Shown: positions 45,620-56,170, numbered from the stretch's first letter. The stretch is DNA of 58,786 nt from Candidatus Caenarcanales bacterium (GCA_947494115.1 CANLTT010000002.1:1-58786); one strand, 5' to 3'. Translations and numbers: made by a program. Notes: generated by a model from the letters alone, not told the origin.

Positions 45620-46743
45620 TTGCCAATAACCGAAAGTGCATATTCACGAAATTTTTTAAGATTAAGTCTATCAATTAAACCCATAAATTCTTTTTCGACT
45701 GTATTATCCGAAACAGCCTCCTCAAAAGCTTGAAAGCCCATAATATGTTCACTTTGATAATAAACCATAATTTGGCTTTTTCCTTCATCCAGAGCCTCTA
45801 CTAATAATTGACATTTTAAATGCGCAATTTCACAATCAATCCGTAATGGTCTAACTCCTCTTAAATAGCGGCTAAATGGCTCGGCAATTACTCTTTTATT
45901 TGGGCTATCTTTGAGACCATATATTTCTAATTCTTTTTTAAAATATTCGGCCGCATTAGAAGAAATCTGTTTTTTATTTCTTTCTTCTTTTTTATAACCC
46001 TCTGAAACTATCACCAAAGCGTGCCGCCGCTTCATTAAGTGAAAAGCAATTTCTTCCATAACTTCCTTGGCAAAGTCAAAAACTGGCATAATAATTAAAT
46101 GTGCTCTGGCGGCCGCCCCCGAATGAAGAGCATGTCTGCCACTACGATTACCCATCATTTCTAAAAAATAAATTCTTTGGTGCGTATAAGCATCTTCATA
46201 GAGGCCACGGGCAATTTCGGCTCCATGTTCAGCACACGATAAAAAGCCTACAGAGCGGTCATTCAGAATATCAGAATCGGCTGAAATATTAATAAAACCC
46301 GTTTTGATATTTTCGGGCAAAAATTTAGCCAAGGCTTTAGCCCCACGCAAAGTGCCATCTCCGCCACAATAAATTACAATTTCAAAACCTTGATTGACAA
46401 TTTCTTGAGCGGCTCTTTTTTGATTGTCCTCATCGGCAAACTGCGGGTATCTCTCAGAGCGGAAATCAGAACCGGGGTAAAAAATACGCCTGCCCATCAT
46501 TTCGGTTGGATAGCCTTTATGATTAAGTTCAAAAGCTTTAATCGGGCTTATAACGACCCTAACCAAATGTGGTTCATCCGAAAACCCCTCACAAAGCGAC
46601 CTAAAACCAGAACGAGCCGCCCAACATTGCCAGCCCAGTCTTTCACCTTCTTCGGTTAAACCAACGGCCACGGCTGTATAACCGGGTGCCAAGCCGCCAT
46701 CGAATATAAAAAGTGCTTTTTTCCCTTTCTCTTCTTTTTGCAT
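45616..46743 (-). CDS. Phosphofructokinase-family protein (divergent ATP/PPi-dependent 6-phosphofructokinase)
   Basis: 'IFDGGLAPGYTAV' (a degenerate GGD.PG.NA), 'CGGDGTLRGA' and 'EMMGNRSGRHAL' (the MGR motif). Confidence 0.7.
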   Translation of the reverse strand: MQKEEKGKKALFIFDGGLAPGYTAVAVGLTEEGERLGWQCWAARSGFRSLCEGFSDEPHLVRVVISPIKAFELNHKGYPTEMMGRRIFYPGSDFRSERYPQFADEDNQKRAAQEIVNQGFEIVIYCGGDGTLRGAKALAKFLPENIKTGFINISADSDILNDRSVGFLSCAEHGAEIARGLYEDAYTHQRIYFLEMMGNRSGRHALHSGAAARAHLIIMPVFDFAKEVMEEIAFHLMKRRHALVIVSEGYKKEERNKKQISSNAAEYFKKELEIYGLKDSPNKRVIAEPFSRYLRGVRPLRIDCEIAHLKCQLLVEALDEGKSQIMVYYQSEHIMGFQAFEEAVSDNTVEKEFMGLIDRLNLKKFREYALSVIGN

Positions 46744-46746
46744 AAT

Positions 46747-47655
46747 TTATCCAGCTATTTTTAGTTTCTCGCCCAGCCCTTGTCCAATTTCGCGGAAGTT
46801 TATAATTTCACCCACTTCTTCTGCTCTATAGACAGCACTACCTTCTTTGTTCCCAATTAAGGCTTGTAATTTTAATTTATTATTGATAATTTCAGCATAT
46901 GCCGCAAAAGGTGTTTGACAGCCACCATCAACTGCCGCTAAAGCCGCTCTTTCACAAACGGTTGTTATATAAGTTTCTTGATGATTTAATTTTAAAAGTT
47001 GTTCGGCAAATTGTTTATTATTTTGAAATGTTTTTAAATTAACTTGTATTGCTAAAGCGCCCTGACCGGGAGCAGGTAAATAATTAGGCGGAGCCAAAAC
47101 TTCGGAAATATGTTTATCTAAACCCAAGCGTCTTAAACCAGCCACCGCCAAAATACCAGCGGCCAATCCTTGGGAAGATTGTTGGATTTTTTGAAGACGT
47201 GTATTTATATTTCCTCTTAGAGGCAAAACCCCTAAATCTGGCCTTAGACTTTGCAATTGAAGTATGCGTCTTAAACTGCTTGTACCAATTAAACTGTTTT
47301 GAGGAAGGTCTTTATATGATTTTAAATGTTTGAACTGGTCGGCAAAAACAAAACAATCCCAAGGTTCTTCACGTTTGGTTATGGCTATTATTGGTAAATC
47401 TTCGGCTATTTTGGTGGGTAAATCTTTTAAGGAGTGTACCGCTAAATCAATGGTTTCTTGGCGCAAGCCTTCTTCCAGTTCAGCCGTAAAAAGCCCTTTA
47501 TCACCAATTTGATGCAAAGGTTTATCCAAAACAAGATCTCCTTTGGTTTGAATAATTACAATTTCGCATTCAAAATCTTTTAGTTCTTGCTTAACCAATT
47601 CGGCTTGTTTGAGAGCCAGCTCTGAACCACGTGTTCCAATTTTGATTGTTTTCAT
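46747..47655 (-). CDS. hemC: Porphobilinogen deaminase (hydroxymethylbilane synthase)
   Basis: 'KIGTRGSELALKQAE', 'HSLKDLPT' and 'GTSSLRR'. The conserved Cys context 'GGCQTP' is present. Confidence 0.93.
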   Translation of the reverse strand: MKTIKIGTRGSELALKQAELVKQELKDFECEIVIIQTKGDLVLDKPLHQIGDKGLFTAELEEGLRQETIDLAVHSLKDLPTKIAEDLPIIAITKREEPWDCFVFADQFKHLKSYKDLPQNSLIGTSSLRRILQLQSLRPDLGVLPLRGNINTRLQKIQQSSQGLAAGILAVAGLRRLGLDKHISEVLAPPNYLPAPGQGALAIQVNLKTFQNNKQFAEQLLKLNHQETYITTVCERAALAAVDGGCQTPFAAYAEIINNKLKLQALIGNKEGSAVYRAEEVGEIINFREIGQGLGEKLKIAG

Positions 47656-48173
47656 GCAATTTCAAAAACCTCTCTCAATGAACTCATAGAACTTATAATG
47701 TCTTTGGCTGAAACAAATAAATAATCAAAAGAACAAAGTCCGCTCACAATGGGAATATTGCTTGTTTGACTGGAAAGCCATTGATATAATTTTTTTCTTT
47801 CCTCAAAATCATCGCCCGAATAAGTAATACGAATAGTCCGCATCAATTCACTTACTCGTAAATCCATAATATCTTCAGCATCATTAAGGCCGTCAGTTGG
47901 TAAAAATCCTTCACCCATTTGGTCTTGCCATTCAGACTCCAAAACCACCGAAATAACTTCATCTTCTGTTTGTAAATGCAAATTAAATTCACTTAAATAA
48001 TCCGAAAATAAATTTTTGTCATCTGAATGTAATTTATTACGGATTTCAACAATTTCTTCTTCTAAAAGTGATTCTATTTGCAATAAAGCTTCTTGTGGCG
48101 ACTCGGCTATGGCACCTTTTGGTGAAGCAGATCCTACTATCAAAATCGGCTGGTCTAATAATTCAATCTGCAT
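47652..48173 (-). CDS. Acidic 173-aa hypothetical protein, translationally coupled (ATGA overlap) to hemC
   Basis: Clean ORF between atpA and hemC with no recognisable motif. Confidence 0.5.
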   Translation of the reverse strand: MQIELLDQPILIVGSASPKGAIAESPQEALLQIESLLEEEIVEIRNKLHSDDKNLFSDYLSEFNLHLQTEDEVISVVLESEWQDQMGEGFLPTDGLNDAEDIMDLRVSELMRTIRITYSGDDFEERKKLYQWLSSQTSNIPIVSGLCSFDYLFVSAKDIISSMSSLREVFEIA

Positions 48174-48250
48174 ATTTTATTGTCATCGAGACTAAAATTG
48201 TTCTCAATATTACAACTTTTTTTTAAAACTTTCTGGCTTTTACAAACAAA

Positions 48251-49771
48251 TTATTTATTAATGGCTGAAATCAGAGAAACTTGCGCTTTTTTGAGTATCG
48301 CTTTGTCTTCCTCATTCATGGCTTGTCCTTCATTTAATTTGCTATAAAGCTCTGGAAGCACTTTTCTGAATTCAGCAAGCCAACTTCTTTTAAAAGTTTC
48401 GGTTTCTTTTTTGTCTAATTCGTCCAAAAGAGCATGCACGCCAGCAAATAATAAAGAAACTTGTCCAGCCAATTCAAGCGGAGAGTTCTCGGGCTGAGTG
48501 AGCAACCAAGTAAAACGTTCGCCTCTAAGTAATTGCAATTGCGCCGATTTATCTAGGTCAGAGGCAAATTGGGCAAAGCCTTTTAATTCACGATATTGCG
48601 CTAAATTCAGGCGAAGCGGGCCAGCTACTTGCTTAATTGCTTTGGTTTGAGCCGCACCACCAACCCGAGAAACCGAAATTCCGACATTAATTGCTGGTCT
48701 AATGCCCGAATTGAATAAATCAGCTTCTAAGAAAATTTGGCCATCAGTGATAGAAATAACATTGGTTGGAATATAGGCCGAAACGTCCCCAGCTTGAGTT
48801 TCTACAATAGGCAAGGCGGTAATAGAACCACCACCTTTTTCATCGGACAATTTAGCGGCACGTTCTAAAAGACGAGAATGCAAATAAAATACATCCCCAG
48901 GATAAGCTTCACGACCCGGAGGTCTACGCAAAAGCAAGCTCATTGAACGGTAAGCCCAAGCGTGTTTAGATAAGTCATCATAAATAACTAAAACATCTTT
49001 GCCTTGAGACATAAATTCTTCAGCAACCGCAACCCCGGCAAAAGGCGAAATAAATTGCATAGCTGGTGAATCGGTTGAAGAAGCCACTACCACGACGGTA
49101 TAATCCATAGCTCCTTGTTCTTCGAGTAATTTGCAAATTTGAGAAACCGCACCCTGACGCTGACCAATCGCCACATAAACACAAATTGGTCTGTCTTTAA
49201 GGGTTTTTTGGTTAAGAATTGTGTCAATTGCAATGGTGGTTTTGCCCGTTTGGCGGTCGCCGATTATAAGCTCACGCTGGCCACGACCAATTGGAATCAT
49301 CGCATCAACAGCCATAATGCCAGTTTGTAAAGGTTGATGCACCGATTTACGGTCAATGATCCCATATGCAGGGCTTTCAATTGGGCGGGTTTTGCTTGAA
49401 TTAATAGCTCCCTTGCCGTCAATTGGTTTTCCAAGCGGATCAACAACACGGCCAATTAAGCCGTCCCCAACTGGAATAGAAGCGATGCGCCCTGTAGTTG
49501 TAACACGTGTTCCTTCTTTGATTTGTGAGCCTTCTCCTAGCAAAACAATACCAACCGAATCTTCTTCGAGGTTTAGAGCCATGCCGACTGTATTTTGCGG
49601 ATCTTCAAATTGAATAAGCTCACCAGACATAGCGTCAGAAAGGCCATAAACACGGGCAATACCATCACCCACCGAAATAACAGAGCCAATATTTTTTTTG
49701 ACTATATCTTGTCCGTAATTTTGAATCTGCTCTTTGAGTATCGAAGTAATTTCTTCAGGTTTAAGTGCCAC
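48251..49771 (-). CDS. atpA: F1 ATP synthase alpha subunit
   Basis: 'GDRQTGKTT' P-loop, '[29 protein letters not shown]' and 'ITDGQIFLE'. 506 aa. Confidence 0.95.
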   Translation of the reverse strand: MALKPEEITSILKEQIQNYGQDIVKKNIGSVISVGDGIARVYGLSDAMSGELIQFEDPQNTVGMALNLEEDSVGIVLLGEGSQIKEGTRVTTTGRIASIPVGDGLIGRVVDPLGKPIDGKGAINSSKTRPIESPAYGIIDRKSVHQPLQTGIMAVDAMIPIGRGQRELIIGDRQTGKTTIAIDTILNQKTLKDRPICVYVAIGQRQGAVSQICKLLEEQGAMDYTVVVVASSTDSPAMQFISPFAGVAVAEEFMSQGKDVLVIYDDLSKHAWAYRSMSLLLRRPPGREAYPGDVFYLHSRLLERAAKLSDEKGGGSITALPIVETQAGDVSAYIPTNVISITDGQIFLEADLFNSGIRPAINVGISVSRVGGAAQTKAIKQVAGPLRLNLAQYRELKGFAQFASDLDKSAQLQLLRGERFTWLLTQPENSPLELAGQVSLLFAGVHALLDELDKKETETFKRSWLAEFRKVLPELYSKLNEGQAMNEEDKAILKKAQVSLISAINK

Positions 49772-49888
49772 TATAATAATTTCCTTAATTTAGTTGATAT
49801 TTTCTAATGTAAAAATATTAACGCATTCTAGTTAAGCAAAACCAGTATTTTTTGACAATTTATAAAGCTTATTGATTGGGCGAGTCTA

Positions 49889-51862
49889 TTACGTAATCAT
49901 GGCAAAGTTGCTAACTGTCTCTAAACCATTAAGAAAACCTTTATGCTTGTCTAAAAATGCTTGTAAGTCTTTGCTATGAATTGGGGAATTGTCAGAGGTG
50001 CATAATTTAAGAAGGCTTACTGCAATCATCAAACCCGCAAAAGGAATTTCTGCCCAAACCATAGCGGTTCCTAATTTTCCTGCAAAGTGAGAAATTTTAT
50101 TATCGCCTTTAAAGATTTTAGGTGGTGCAATTAAACCACCCAAAGGACCAAATCCACGACGTAGTTTGTCGCTATTCATAACTTGTCCATATGCTTTAGC
50201 AAAGTTTACAATATTATTCTTGCCCTTAAACCTATGAGGCTCTTTGTCTATCAATTTACCAGCCTCTGTAAGACCAGCTAAAGAGCGACTACAAAGCATA
50301 GTTGGTAATATGCCCATAAACGAAATTGTTCCAATCGCCTCTGACCACCAAGAAGCATTAGAAACACCTTTCATTTTGCCCTGAATTAAGGCAACAATTT
50401 GATTTAAAAGGTCTTCGAGTTTTGTACTTAAGCTTTTTTCTTTGGCTTCAAGCAATTTAGTAGCTTTTTCTGGAGACAGCTTACCAGCCTTGAATTGAGC
50501 TATTAATTGATCTTTATACTGGGTCATTTCTTTCATTAAAATATCTCTTTGTTTAATGAATTGAAGACCTAAAGTTTTGGCTTCTGGGGAAAGTTGGCTA
50601 TCTTGAATTTGTAAGATTTCAACATTATCACCATTTATTAATTTAATTAAAGGTTCTAATTGTTTATAAATATGTTCTTGTTTTTGCTCTATGAATATAT
50701 TTGCAATATTCGAGATCGTAGAACCGACAGTTGCAAAGGCATTTAAACCAGTTTTAGCATGAAGAACTCCCAATTCAGTTTTATAGGCAAATGAGTTTTT
50801 ATCAAGTGGGCTATTTTTTAATAAATTTAGCTCTGAAAGGTCTTTGGCCGTAAACAAAGCAAAAGACGAAGAATTAACAAGACGAGAAATAGTATCTGTA
50901 GGTTTAAAGAAAAACTTAGATAAAAACTTCTTGATGCCAGTAAAAGCATTTGGTTGTTTTTCTTCTTCTGGGGGTACATCAAAAAATACGCCACCAATGC
51001 GAGCAAAACTTGCAAATATATGTGAAAACCAAGTTAAAAAGAGTAATGGTGCAATCAAGGGTTTTAATTTATTACCTAAACCAGAATAATTAAGATTTGT
51101 AACAGTTTTACCGATTGCAATCGATTGTGTAGAAAAGAAACCAAGAGCCAAAGCCATAAAAACTTTGCTTAAACCATCAACACCCATTTGCGAGAATAAT
51201 CTAGCCTTGTCTAAAAAGAAAGGTCCAATTAAAGAAGGAAAAATACCAAAACTAAAAAACTGGGCAATTCCTTGAAAACCTTGCTTAGAGTAAAATTTAG
51301 CCAGTTTTGCAATATCTTCTTTATTGTTGGTTGTGTTATCAAGCCCTTGAGTTTTTTTATCGATTGCTTTAGAAATTTTAGAATTGGGGGTAAAAAAAAG
51401 TTTAAATGCATTAAGTTCTGCAGATTCTCCTTCAACTTCAGCTGGCTTTAAAAGACCTAAATCATTTGCAACTTTAAACCAAACTTTCTCAGCATCTCTG
51501 CTGTTCACTAAAGTTTCAATTTCATTTTCATTTATTATGTTTTCAGGTGTTAGGTCTTGGGAATCTTGAGCTTTAGTGCGCCATATATACATTCTTTCCT
51601 CTATGGCTTGAGCGGAATGAGCTAATTTTGCGGTCTCATCTGGTAAAAGACCAAAAGATTTACCAATATCGCTTATCCATCTTAAAAAGGGGTTTTTAGA
51701 ATCAGAAAGCTTTTGTTCAGCTTGTTGTAATTTAGTTAAAGGCAATTCTAAAAGGTATTCTATTTGTTCAAGGGCTGTTTTTTTACCACTATCTGCTCCA
51801 TTGCTACTAGGAGCATTTATTGCTGGCTTTTGTAAAGTTGGGTTTTGAACTGTACTAACCAT
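49889..51862 (-). CDS. Large (657 aa) multi-pass membrane protein with an internal coiled-coil; unknown function
   Basis: Soluble N-terminal ~200 aa, then at least 5 hydrophobic segments (e.g. 'IAQFFSFGIFPSLIGPFFL' and 'LIAPLLFLTWFSHIFASFARIGGVFF'). A central helical K/E/Q-rich stretch follows. No catalytic motif recognised. Confidence 0.6.
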   Translation of the reverse strand: MVSTVQNPTLQKPAINAPSSNGADSGKKTALEQIEYLLELPLTKLQQAEQKLSDSKNPFLRWISDIGKSFGLLPDETAKLAHSAQAIEERMYIWRTKAQDSQDLTPENIINENEIETLVNSRDAEKVWFKVANDLGLLKPAEVEGESAELNAFKLFFTPNSKISKAIDKKTQGLDNTTNNKEDIAKLAKFYSKQGFQGIAQFFSFGIFPSLIGPFFLDKARLFSQMGVDGLSKVFMALALGFFSTQSIAIGKTVTNLNYSGLGNKLKPLIAPLLFLTWFSHIFASFARIGGVFFDVPPEEEKQPNAFTGIKKFLSKFFFKPTDTISRLVNSSSFALFTAKDLSELNLLKNSPLDKNSFAYKTELGVLHAKTGLNAFATVGSTISNIANIFIEQKQEHIYKQLEPLIKLINGDNVEILQIQDSQLSPEAKTLGLQFIKQRDILMKEMTQYKDQLIAQFKAGKLSPEKATKLLEAKEKSLSTKLEDLLNQIVALIQGKMKGVSNASWWSEAIGTISFMGILPTMLCSRSLAGLTEAGKLIDKEPHRFKGKNNIVNFAKAYGQVMNSDKLRRGFGPLGGLIAPPKIFKGDNKISHFAGKLGTAMVWAEIPFAGLMIAVSLLKLCTSDNSPIHSKDLQAFLDKHKGFLNGLETVSNFAMIT

Positions 51863-51987
51863 GATTTTTTATAAAATAAGAATAAAATAAGAAGCTAAAA
51901 ATAAAGTTTAATAATATATTAATCTATTAATAATAATTCCATATAATGCCTAATTCGTCAAGCTAAAGTTGGTAAAAATTTGCTTCT

Positions 51988-52488
51988 TTAAAACTGTCCT
52001 TTAATTGCTCTTTTGGTTTCGAGTTCAATCGCTTTATCTTTTAATTCTTTGCGCTTGTCATGCTGTAATTTGCGCTTGGCTAAAGCAAGTTCTAGTTTAA
52101 CCCAAGAATTACGAAAATAAAGTTTTAAAGGAACAATAGTTAATTTTTCACGCTCTACTCGGGCACGCCAACGATCAATTTCTTTGCGGTTTAAAAGCAA
52201 TTTACGAATACGAGTTGGATCGTGATTATAACGATTACCAAATTCATATTGCGGAATTGTCATGCCAAATAAATAAACTTCGCCTTTTTTATCGATGCGC
52301 ACAAAGCTTTCATTTAATTGTCCTCGTCCAAGCCTAATTGAGCGAATTTCGGTGCCAGTCAAAATCATGCCAGCATGCAAAGTGTCCAAAATCTCAAATT
52401 CGTGGCGAGCCTTACGATTATAAAGAGTTGGGGTTTCTTTTTTGCCCTTAGCGGCTTTTTTTTCTAGTTTTTTCTTGGCATTGCCCAT
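51988..52488 (-). CDS. smpB: SsrA-binding protein
   Basis: 'NRKARHEFEI', 'GTEIRSIR' and 'YNHDPTR.RKLLL'. Has a Lys-rich N-terminal extension. Confidence 0.92.
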   Translation of the reverse strand: MGNAKKKLEKKAAKGKKETPTLYNRKARHEFEILDTLHAGMILTGTEIRSIRLGRGQLNESFVRIDKKGEVYLFGMTIPQYEFGNRYNHDPTRIRKLLLNRKEIDRWRARVEREKLTIVPLKLYFRNSWVKLELALAKRKLQHDKRKELKDKAIELETKRAIKGQF

Positions 52489-52582
52489 ATTGTTCTAAAT
52501 TTTAAACCAAATTATTTCAGAATAAACATTAATTTATAATGGTTGCGATTATGCTTATAAAACTTGTATTTGTAAATTTAAA

Positions 52583-53671
52583 ATGCTTTTAAGATTAATT
52601 GTAATTTGTTTATTATTCTTCAACTGCGCTTGCCAGAAAAAAACCTTAAGCGAAACCAAAAGCAAAAAAATCAGCCAAATTATTTTAATGCCGAGCGATA
52701 TTGCCGAAGTTAAAACGACACAAATTTATGATTCTTTTAAGGCAACTGGTGAGCTTAAACCAATTACCGAATCAATTGTTAGTTCTCAGGTCGAAGGTAT
52801 TGCTTTGCAGGTAAAAGGCGAAGAGGGCGATTATGTTAGAGCTGGCCAATTATTGGTAATTGTAGATAATAAAGATCCTCGGGATCAATTAACAACTAAT
52901 CAAGAAGCTCTTCAAAAGGCAATTGCCCGAGCTAATTTAGCCAAAACAACTTTAAACCGCAAAAAACAAGGCTATAAAGAAGATTTAATTGCCAAACAAG
53001 AAGTTGATATTGCCGAAACTGATTATCAGGTTAATTTGCGTGAAATTGAAAGTGCTAAAGCCCAAGTTAGTTTAGCGCAAACTGCCATGCACAAAGCCAA
53101 TGTTAAAGCACCAATTAGTGGCATTATTAGCCAAAAGCTGATTAAAACTGGTGAACTCGCTCAGCCGGGGAAATCTTTATTTGAAATTGTACAAATTAAC
53201 CCTCTTAAAGTCGAACTGGCAATTCCAAGCAAATATTTAAACCAAATTTATCTTCAACAGAGCGTCAGCTCGACCGTTAATGGCGAAGTTTTTATAGCCA
53301 AAGTAATCCGAATTAATCCAATCGCGGACCAAGCCACACGTTCTATTATTTTAACGGCTCAAGTTCCTAATCCAGAGAGTAAATTAAAGGCCAATTTATT
53401 TGTAAACAGCGAAATCAAACTTACAAGCCCACGTCAAGCGATTATTATTCCCCAAGAAGCCACTTATAAAGTTAATGAAGAAAATAATAATAAATTTTTT
53501 GTTTATATTTATTCCGAAGGCCAATTAAATAAACGCCCTATAACTGCCGAGCCTCTTAGTGCGATTCAATACGAAGTTAAAACTGGCCTAGAAGTTGGCG
53601 AAAAACTAGTAATTGTACCCTTAAATATAACTTCAGAGACAGCTAAGGCTCAAATTAGCAAAAGTTTATAA
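52583..53671 (+). CDS. Efflux transporter periplasmic adaptor (MFP/HlyD family) lipoprotein
   Basis: Lipobox-like 'LLFFNCAC'. Lipoyl-like halves 'GDYVRAGQLLVIVD' and 'APISGIISQK' are separated by a coiled-coil hairpin. Confidence 0.8.
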   Translation: MLLRLIVICLLFFNCACQKKTLSETKSKKISQIILMPSDIAEVKTTQIYDSFKATGELKPITESIVSSQVEGIALQVKGEEGDYVRAGQLLVIVDNKDPRDQLTTNQEALQKAIARANLAKTTLNRKKQGYKEDLIAKQEVDIAETDYQVNLREIESAKAQVSLAQTAMHKANVKAPISGIISQKLIKTGELAQPGKSLFEIVQINPLKVELAIPSKYLNQIYLQQSVSSTVNGEVFIAKVIRINPIADQATRSIILTAQVPNPESKLKANLFVNSEIKLTSPRQAIIIPQEATYKVNEENNNKFFVYIYSEGQLNKRPITAEPLSAIQYEVKTGLEVGEKLVIVPLNITSETAKAQISKSL

Positions 53672-54706
53672 ATTATAATGAGTTGGCTCTTGTAGCCATA
53701 ATAAACTCGGTTTTTGCATTTCGCCCAATTCGCAAATTCTTACTTTATAAAAAAATTCTTTAAGTAAACTTTCGGGCAAATTAGTACCAATGGCTCCGAT
53801 TCTACCGTCAAGTCTTGCGGTCGCAGTATTTAAGGCCGATAAATCTTTAAGCGGCTTTAGCCAAACCAAACCAGCCATTGGAATATATTCAAATTGAGAG
53901 TTTTCAGAAATTATAATATTTTCTCCAATAACTTTATTTTCGCCGCAAAGATAAATTTGTTCTATTATATTTTGCTTTTGATAGGCTTCGGCTGGGCTTA
54001 AATTGAAATTAACTTTTTTTATGGCAATACTAAGATTTTGCGCAAAATTCAAAATAGATTCTTCTTTTTCTAAATAATAAATTACCTGCGGCGATAAACA
54101 ACCTTTTTGGCCAAAAGCCTCTATATCAGAGACAATTGCCGAAATACAACTTAATTCAGGTTTGCAAACTATAAAACTAGCTTTATGTCCAAAACCCAAA
54201 AAATGTTTACCCAGCGACATTTGTTTAAGCAAATTAATGGTTTCGTCCTTGCCATGCACAATTATGCAATCACTTTTATTAATATATTCTTGAGTAATTT
54301 TTAAATCATTACTTGTCCACGAAATAAACTTAACAAAATCTTTTAAATTATTAGGGCAAGCAGATTCAAATAATTTATAAAAGCTTAAATCAAAGTCTTC
54401 AGGTAAGCGGCATATAATGGGTGTTTTAAGCAATAAAGAATTTAAGATTTCTTTAAAAGGTGTAATTGGTATAGTACTAGCGGCAATAAAAAGATTTAAA
54501 CCAGAATTTTGAGGATAAAAAACATTTTTTTCGAGCTTGGCTTGCAGAGCTTCCAAATCAGCAAGAGAAAGCTTTTGATATTCTTCTAGTTTATACTCGG
54601 CTTTTTTGCAACTTGGAACTTTTTGAAGCCAATTATGCCAAAGCAAATAAATCAGTTCAAGGTGTTGCTTCTTTGATAAATTAGATAAAATATTAGGCTG
54701 ATTCAT
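53666..54706 (-). CDS. LuxC-like acyl-CoA reductase / aldehyde-dehydrogenase-fold protein
   Basis: 'FGFGHKASFIV' and 'DIEAFGQKGCLSPQVIY' (catalytic-Cys context of the LuxC family). 346 aa. Confidence 0.6.
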   Translation of the reverse strand: MNQPNILSNLSKKQHLELIYLLWHNWLQKVPSCKKAEYKLEEYQKLSLADLEALQAKLEKNVFYPQNSGLNLFIAASTIPITPFKEILNSLLLKTPIICRLPEDFDLSFYKLFESACPNNLKDFVKFISWTSNDLKITQEYINKSDCIIVHGKDETINLLKQMSLGKHFLGFGHKASFIVCKPELSCISAIVSDIEAFGQKGCLSPQVIYYLEKEESILNFAQNLSIAIKKVNFNLSPAEAYQKQNIIEQIYLCGENKVIGENIIISENSQFEYIPMAGLVWLKPLKDLSALNTATARLDGRIGAIGTNLPESLLKEFFYKVRICELGEMQKPSLLWLQEPTHYNL

Positions 54707-54765
54707 AATATATTTAATTTAAATTTTTGTTTAATATTATCAAATTGTTTTAAGCTAAAGAAATC

Positions 54766-56067
54766 TTGACTATTAAAACCATGTTTCAAAAATCGCAAGA
54801 ATTGTTTTCTAAGGCTCAGCAAATTTTCCCGGGTGGCGTTAATTCTCCAGTGCGGGCTTTTAAGGCGGTTAATGCTGTGCCAGTTTATATAAAGTCGGCT
54901 TTGGGTGCTTATTTAGAAGACGTTGATGGAAACAAATATCTTGATTATATTGGTTCTTGGGGGCCAGCCATTTGTGGGCATAATCACCCCGAAGTTTTAA
55001 AAGCGATTATTCAAACGGCACAATCTGGTTTAAGTTTTGGAACTTGCCATGAGCTTGAGCTTGAATTGGCTGAGCAGGTTTTAAAGTTTATGCCAAATTT
55101 GCAAATGTTGCGTTTTGTAACCTCGGGAACCGAAGCTTGTATGGCCGCTATTCGCTTAGCAAGAGCTTATACCGCAAAACCTAAAATTATCAAATTTGCG
55201 GGCTGTTATCATGGGCATTATGATTCTTTTTTGGTGCAGGCTGGCTCGGGGGTTGCAACTTTGGGTTTGCCAGACAGCCCCGGTGTTTTACCCGATTTAG
55301 CCAAATATACAATTACTTTGCCTTATAATAATTTAGCCGCTGTGCAAAAGGCCTTTGATGAAAATCCAGCTTCGATTGCCGCCATTATTGTTGAGCCAGT
55401 AGTGGGCAATGCTGGTTGTATTTTGCCCCAAGACGGTTATTTGGCTGGCTTAAAACAAATTTGTGAAAACAATAAAGCTCTTTTAATTTTTGACGAAGTA
55501 ATGACTGGCTTTAGATTGGCTCAAGGTGGTGCTCAAGAAAGATTTAAAATTAAACCAGATTTAACTTGTTTAGGTAAAATTATTGGCGGCGGTTTGCCAG
55601 TTGGTGCATATGGAGGCCGCTCCGAGATTATGCAAATGATAGCGCCCTCAGGGCCAGTTTATCAGGCTGGAACTTTGGCTGGTAATCCTGTGGCAATGTC
55701 AGCTGGCTTGGCAACCTTAAAACTGCTAGAACAAACTGATTTTTATAGCAAACTTGAAAACACTGGAGCAAAGCTTGAGGCTGGCTTAAAGCAAATTTTC
55801 AAGGAAAAGAATATTCCAATTGTTTTAAACAGATGTGCTTCGATGTTATCGGTGTTTTTTAGCCCAGAAAAAGAAATTATAAATTATCAAATGGCTCAAA
55901 GTTCTGATACTAAGCTTTTTGCCAAATTTTTTAATTCTATGCTGAAAAAAGGTGTTTATTTGCCTCCCAGCCAATTTGAAGCTTGGTTTTTTTCCTCTGC
56001 TCATCAAGAAAAACAAATTGAACAAACACTTGAAATTACCCAAAATTGTTTAACAAGTTTAAATTAA
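54766..56067 (+). CDS. hemL: Glutamate-1-semialdehyde 2,1-aminomutase
   Basis: 'PGGVNSPVRAF', 'DEVMTGFR' and 'GKIIGGGLPVGAYGG'. The ORF-track TTG is at 54766, and the ATG at 54781 (MFQKSQELF...) is an equally plausible start. Confidence 0.95.
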   Translation: MTIKTMFQKSQELFSKAQQIFPGGVNSPVRAFKAVNAVPVYIKSALGAYLEDVDGNKYLDYIGSWGPAICGHNHPEVLKAIIQTAQSGLSFGTCHELELELAEQVLKFMPNLQMLRFVTSGTEACMAAIRLARAYTAKPKIIKFAGCYHGHYDSFLVQAGSGVATLGLPDSPGVLPDLAKYTITLPYNNLAAVQKAFDENPASIAAIIVEPVVGNAGCILPQDGYLAGLKQICENNKALLIFDEVMTGFRLAQGGAQERFKIKPDLTCLGKIIGGGLPVGAYGGRSEIMQMIAPSGPVYQAGTLAGNPVAMSAGLATLKLLEQTDFYSKLENTGAKLEAGLKQIFKEKNIPIVLNRCASMLSVFFSPEKEIINYQMAQSSDTKLFAKFFNSMLKKGVYLPPSQFEAWFFSSAHQEKQIEQTLEITQNCLTSLN

Positions 56068-56116
56068 TAGACCAAACCAACCAGAAACAACACAACCTAA
56101 AAATTAAATTGAGCCT

Positions 56117-56129
56117 CCCTCGCCGAGGG
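56117..56129. terminator. Short GC hairpin between convergent hemL and the R-M gene
   Basis: CCCTCG (56117-56122) / CGAGGG (56124-56129), followed by TTTAAT. The loop is very tight, so the effective stem is about 5 bp. Weak call. Confidence 0.3.
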
Positions 56130-56170
56130 TTTAATCCAGAAATTGAAGAGTTTGTTTATCATTCAAAAAC

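Noticed and set aside
51863-52582. A search for tmRNA (ssrA) next to smpB
   Set aside because: Both flanking intergenic regions are short and very AT-rich. They have no tRNA-like acceptor/T-arm and no tag reading frame.
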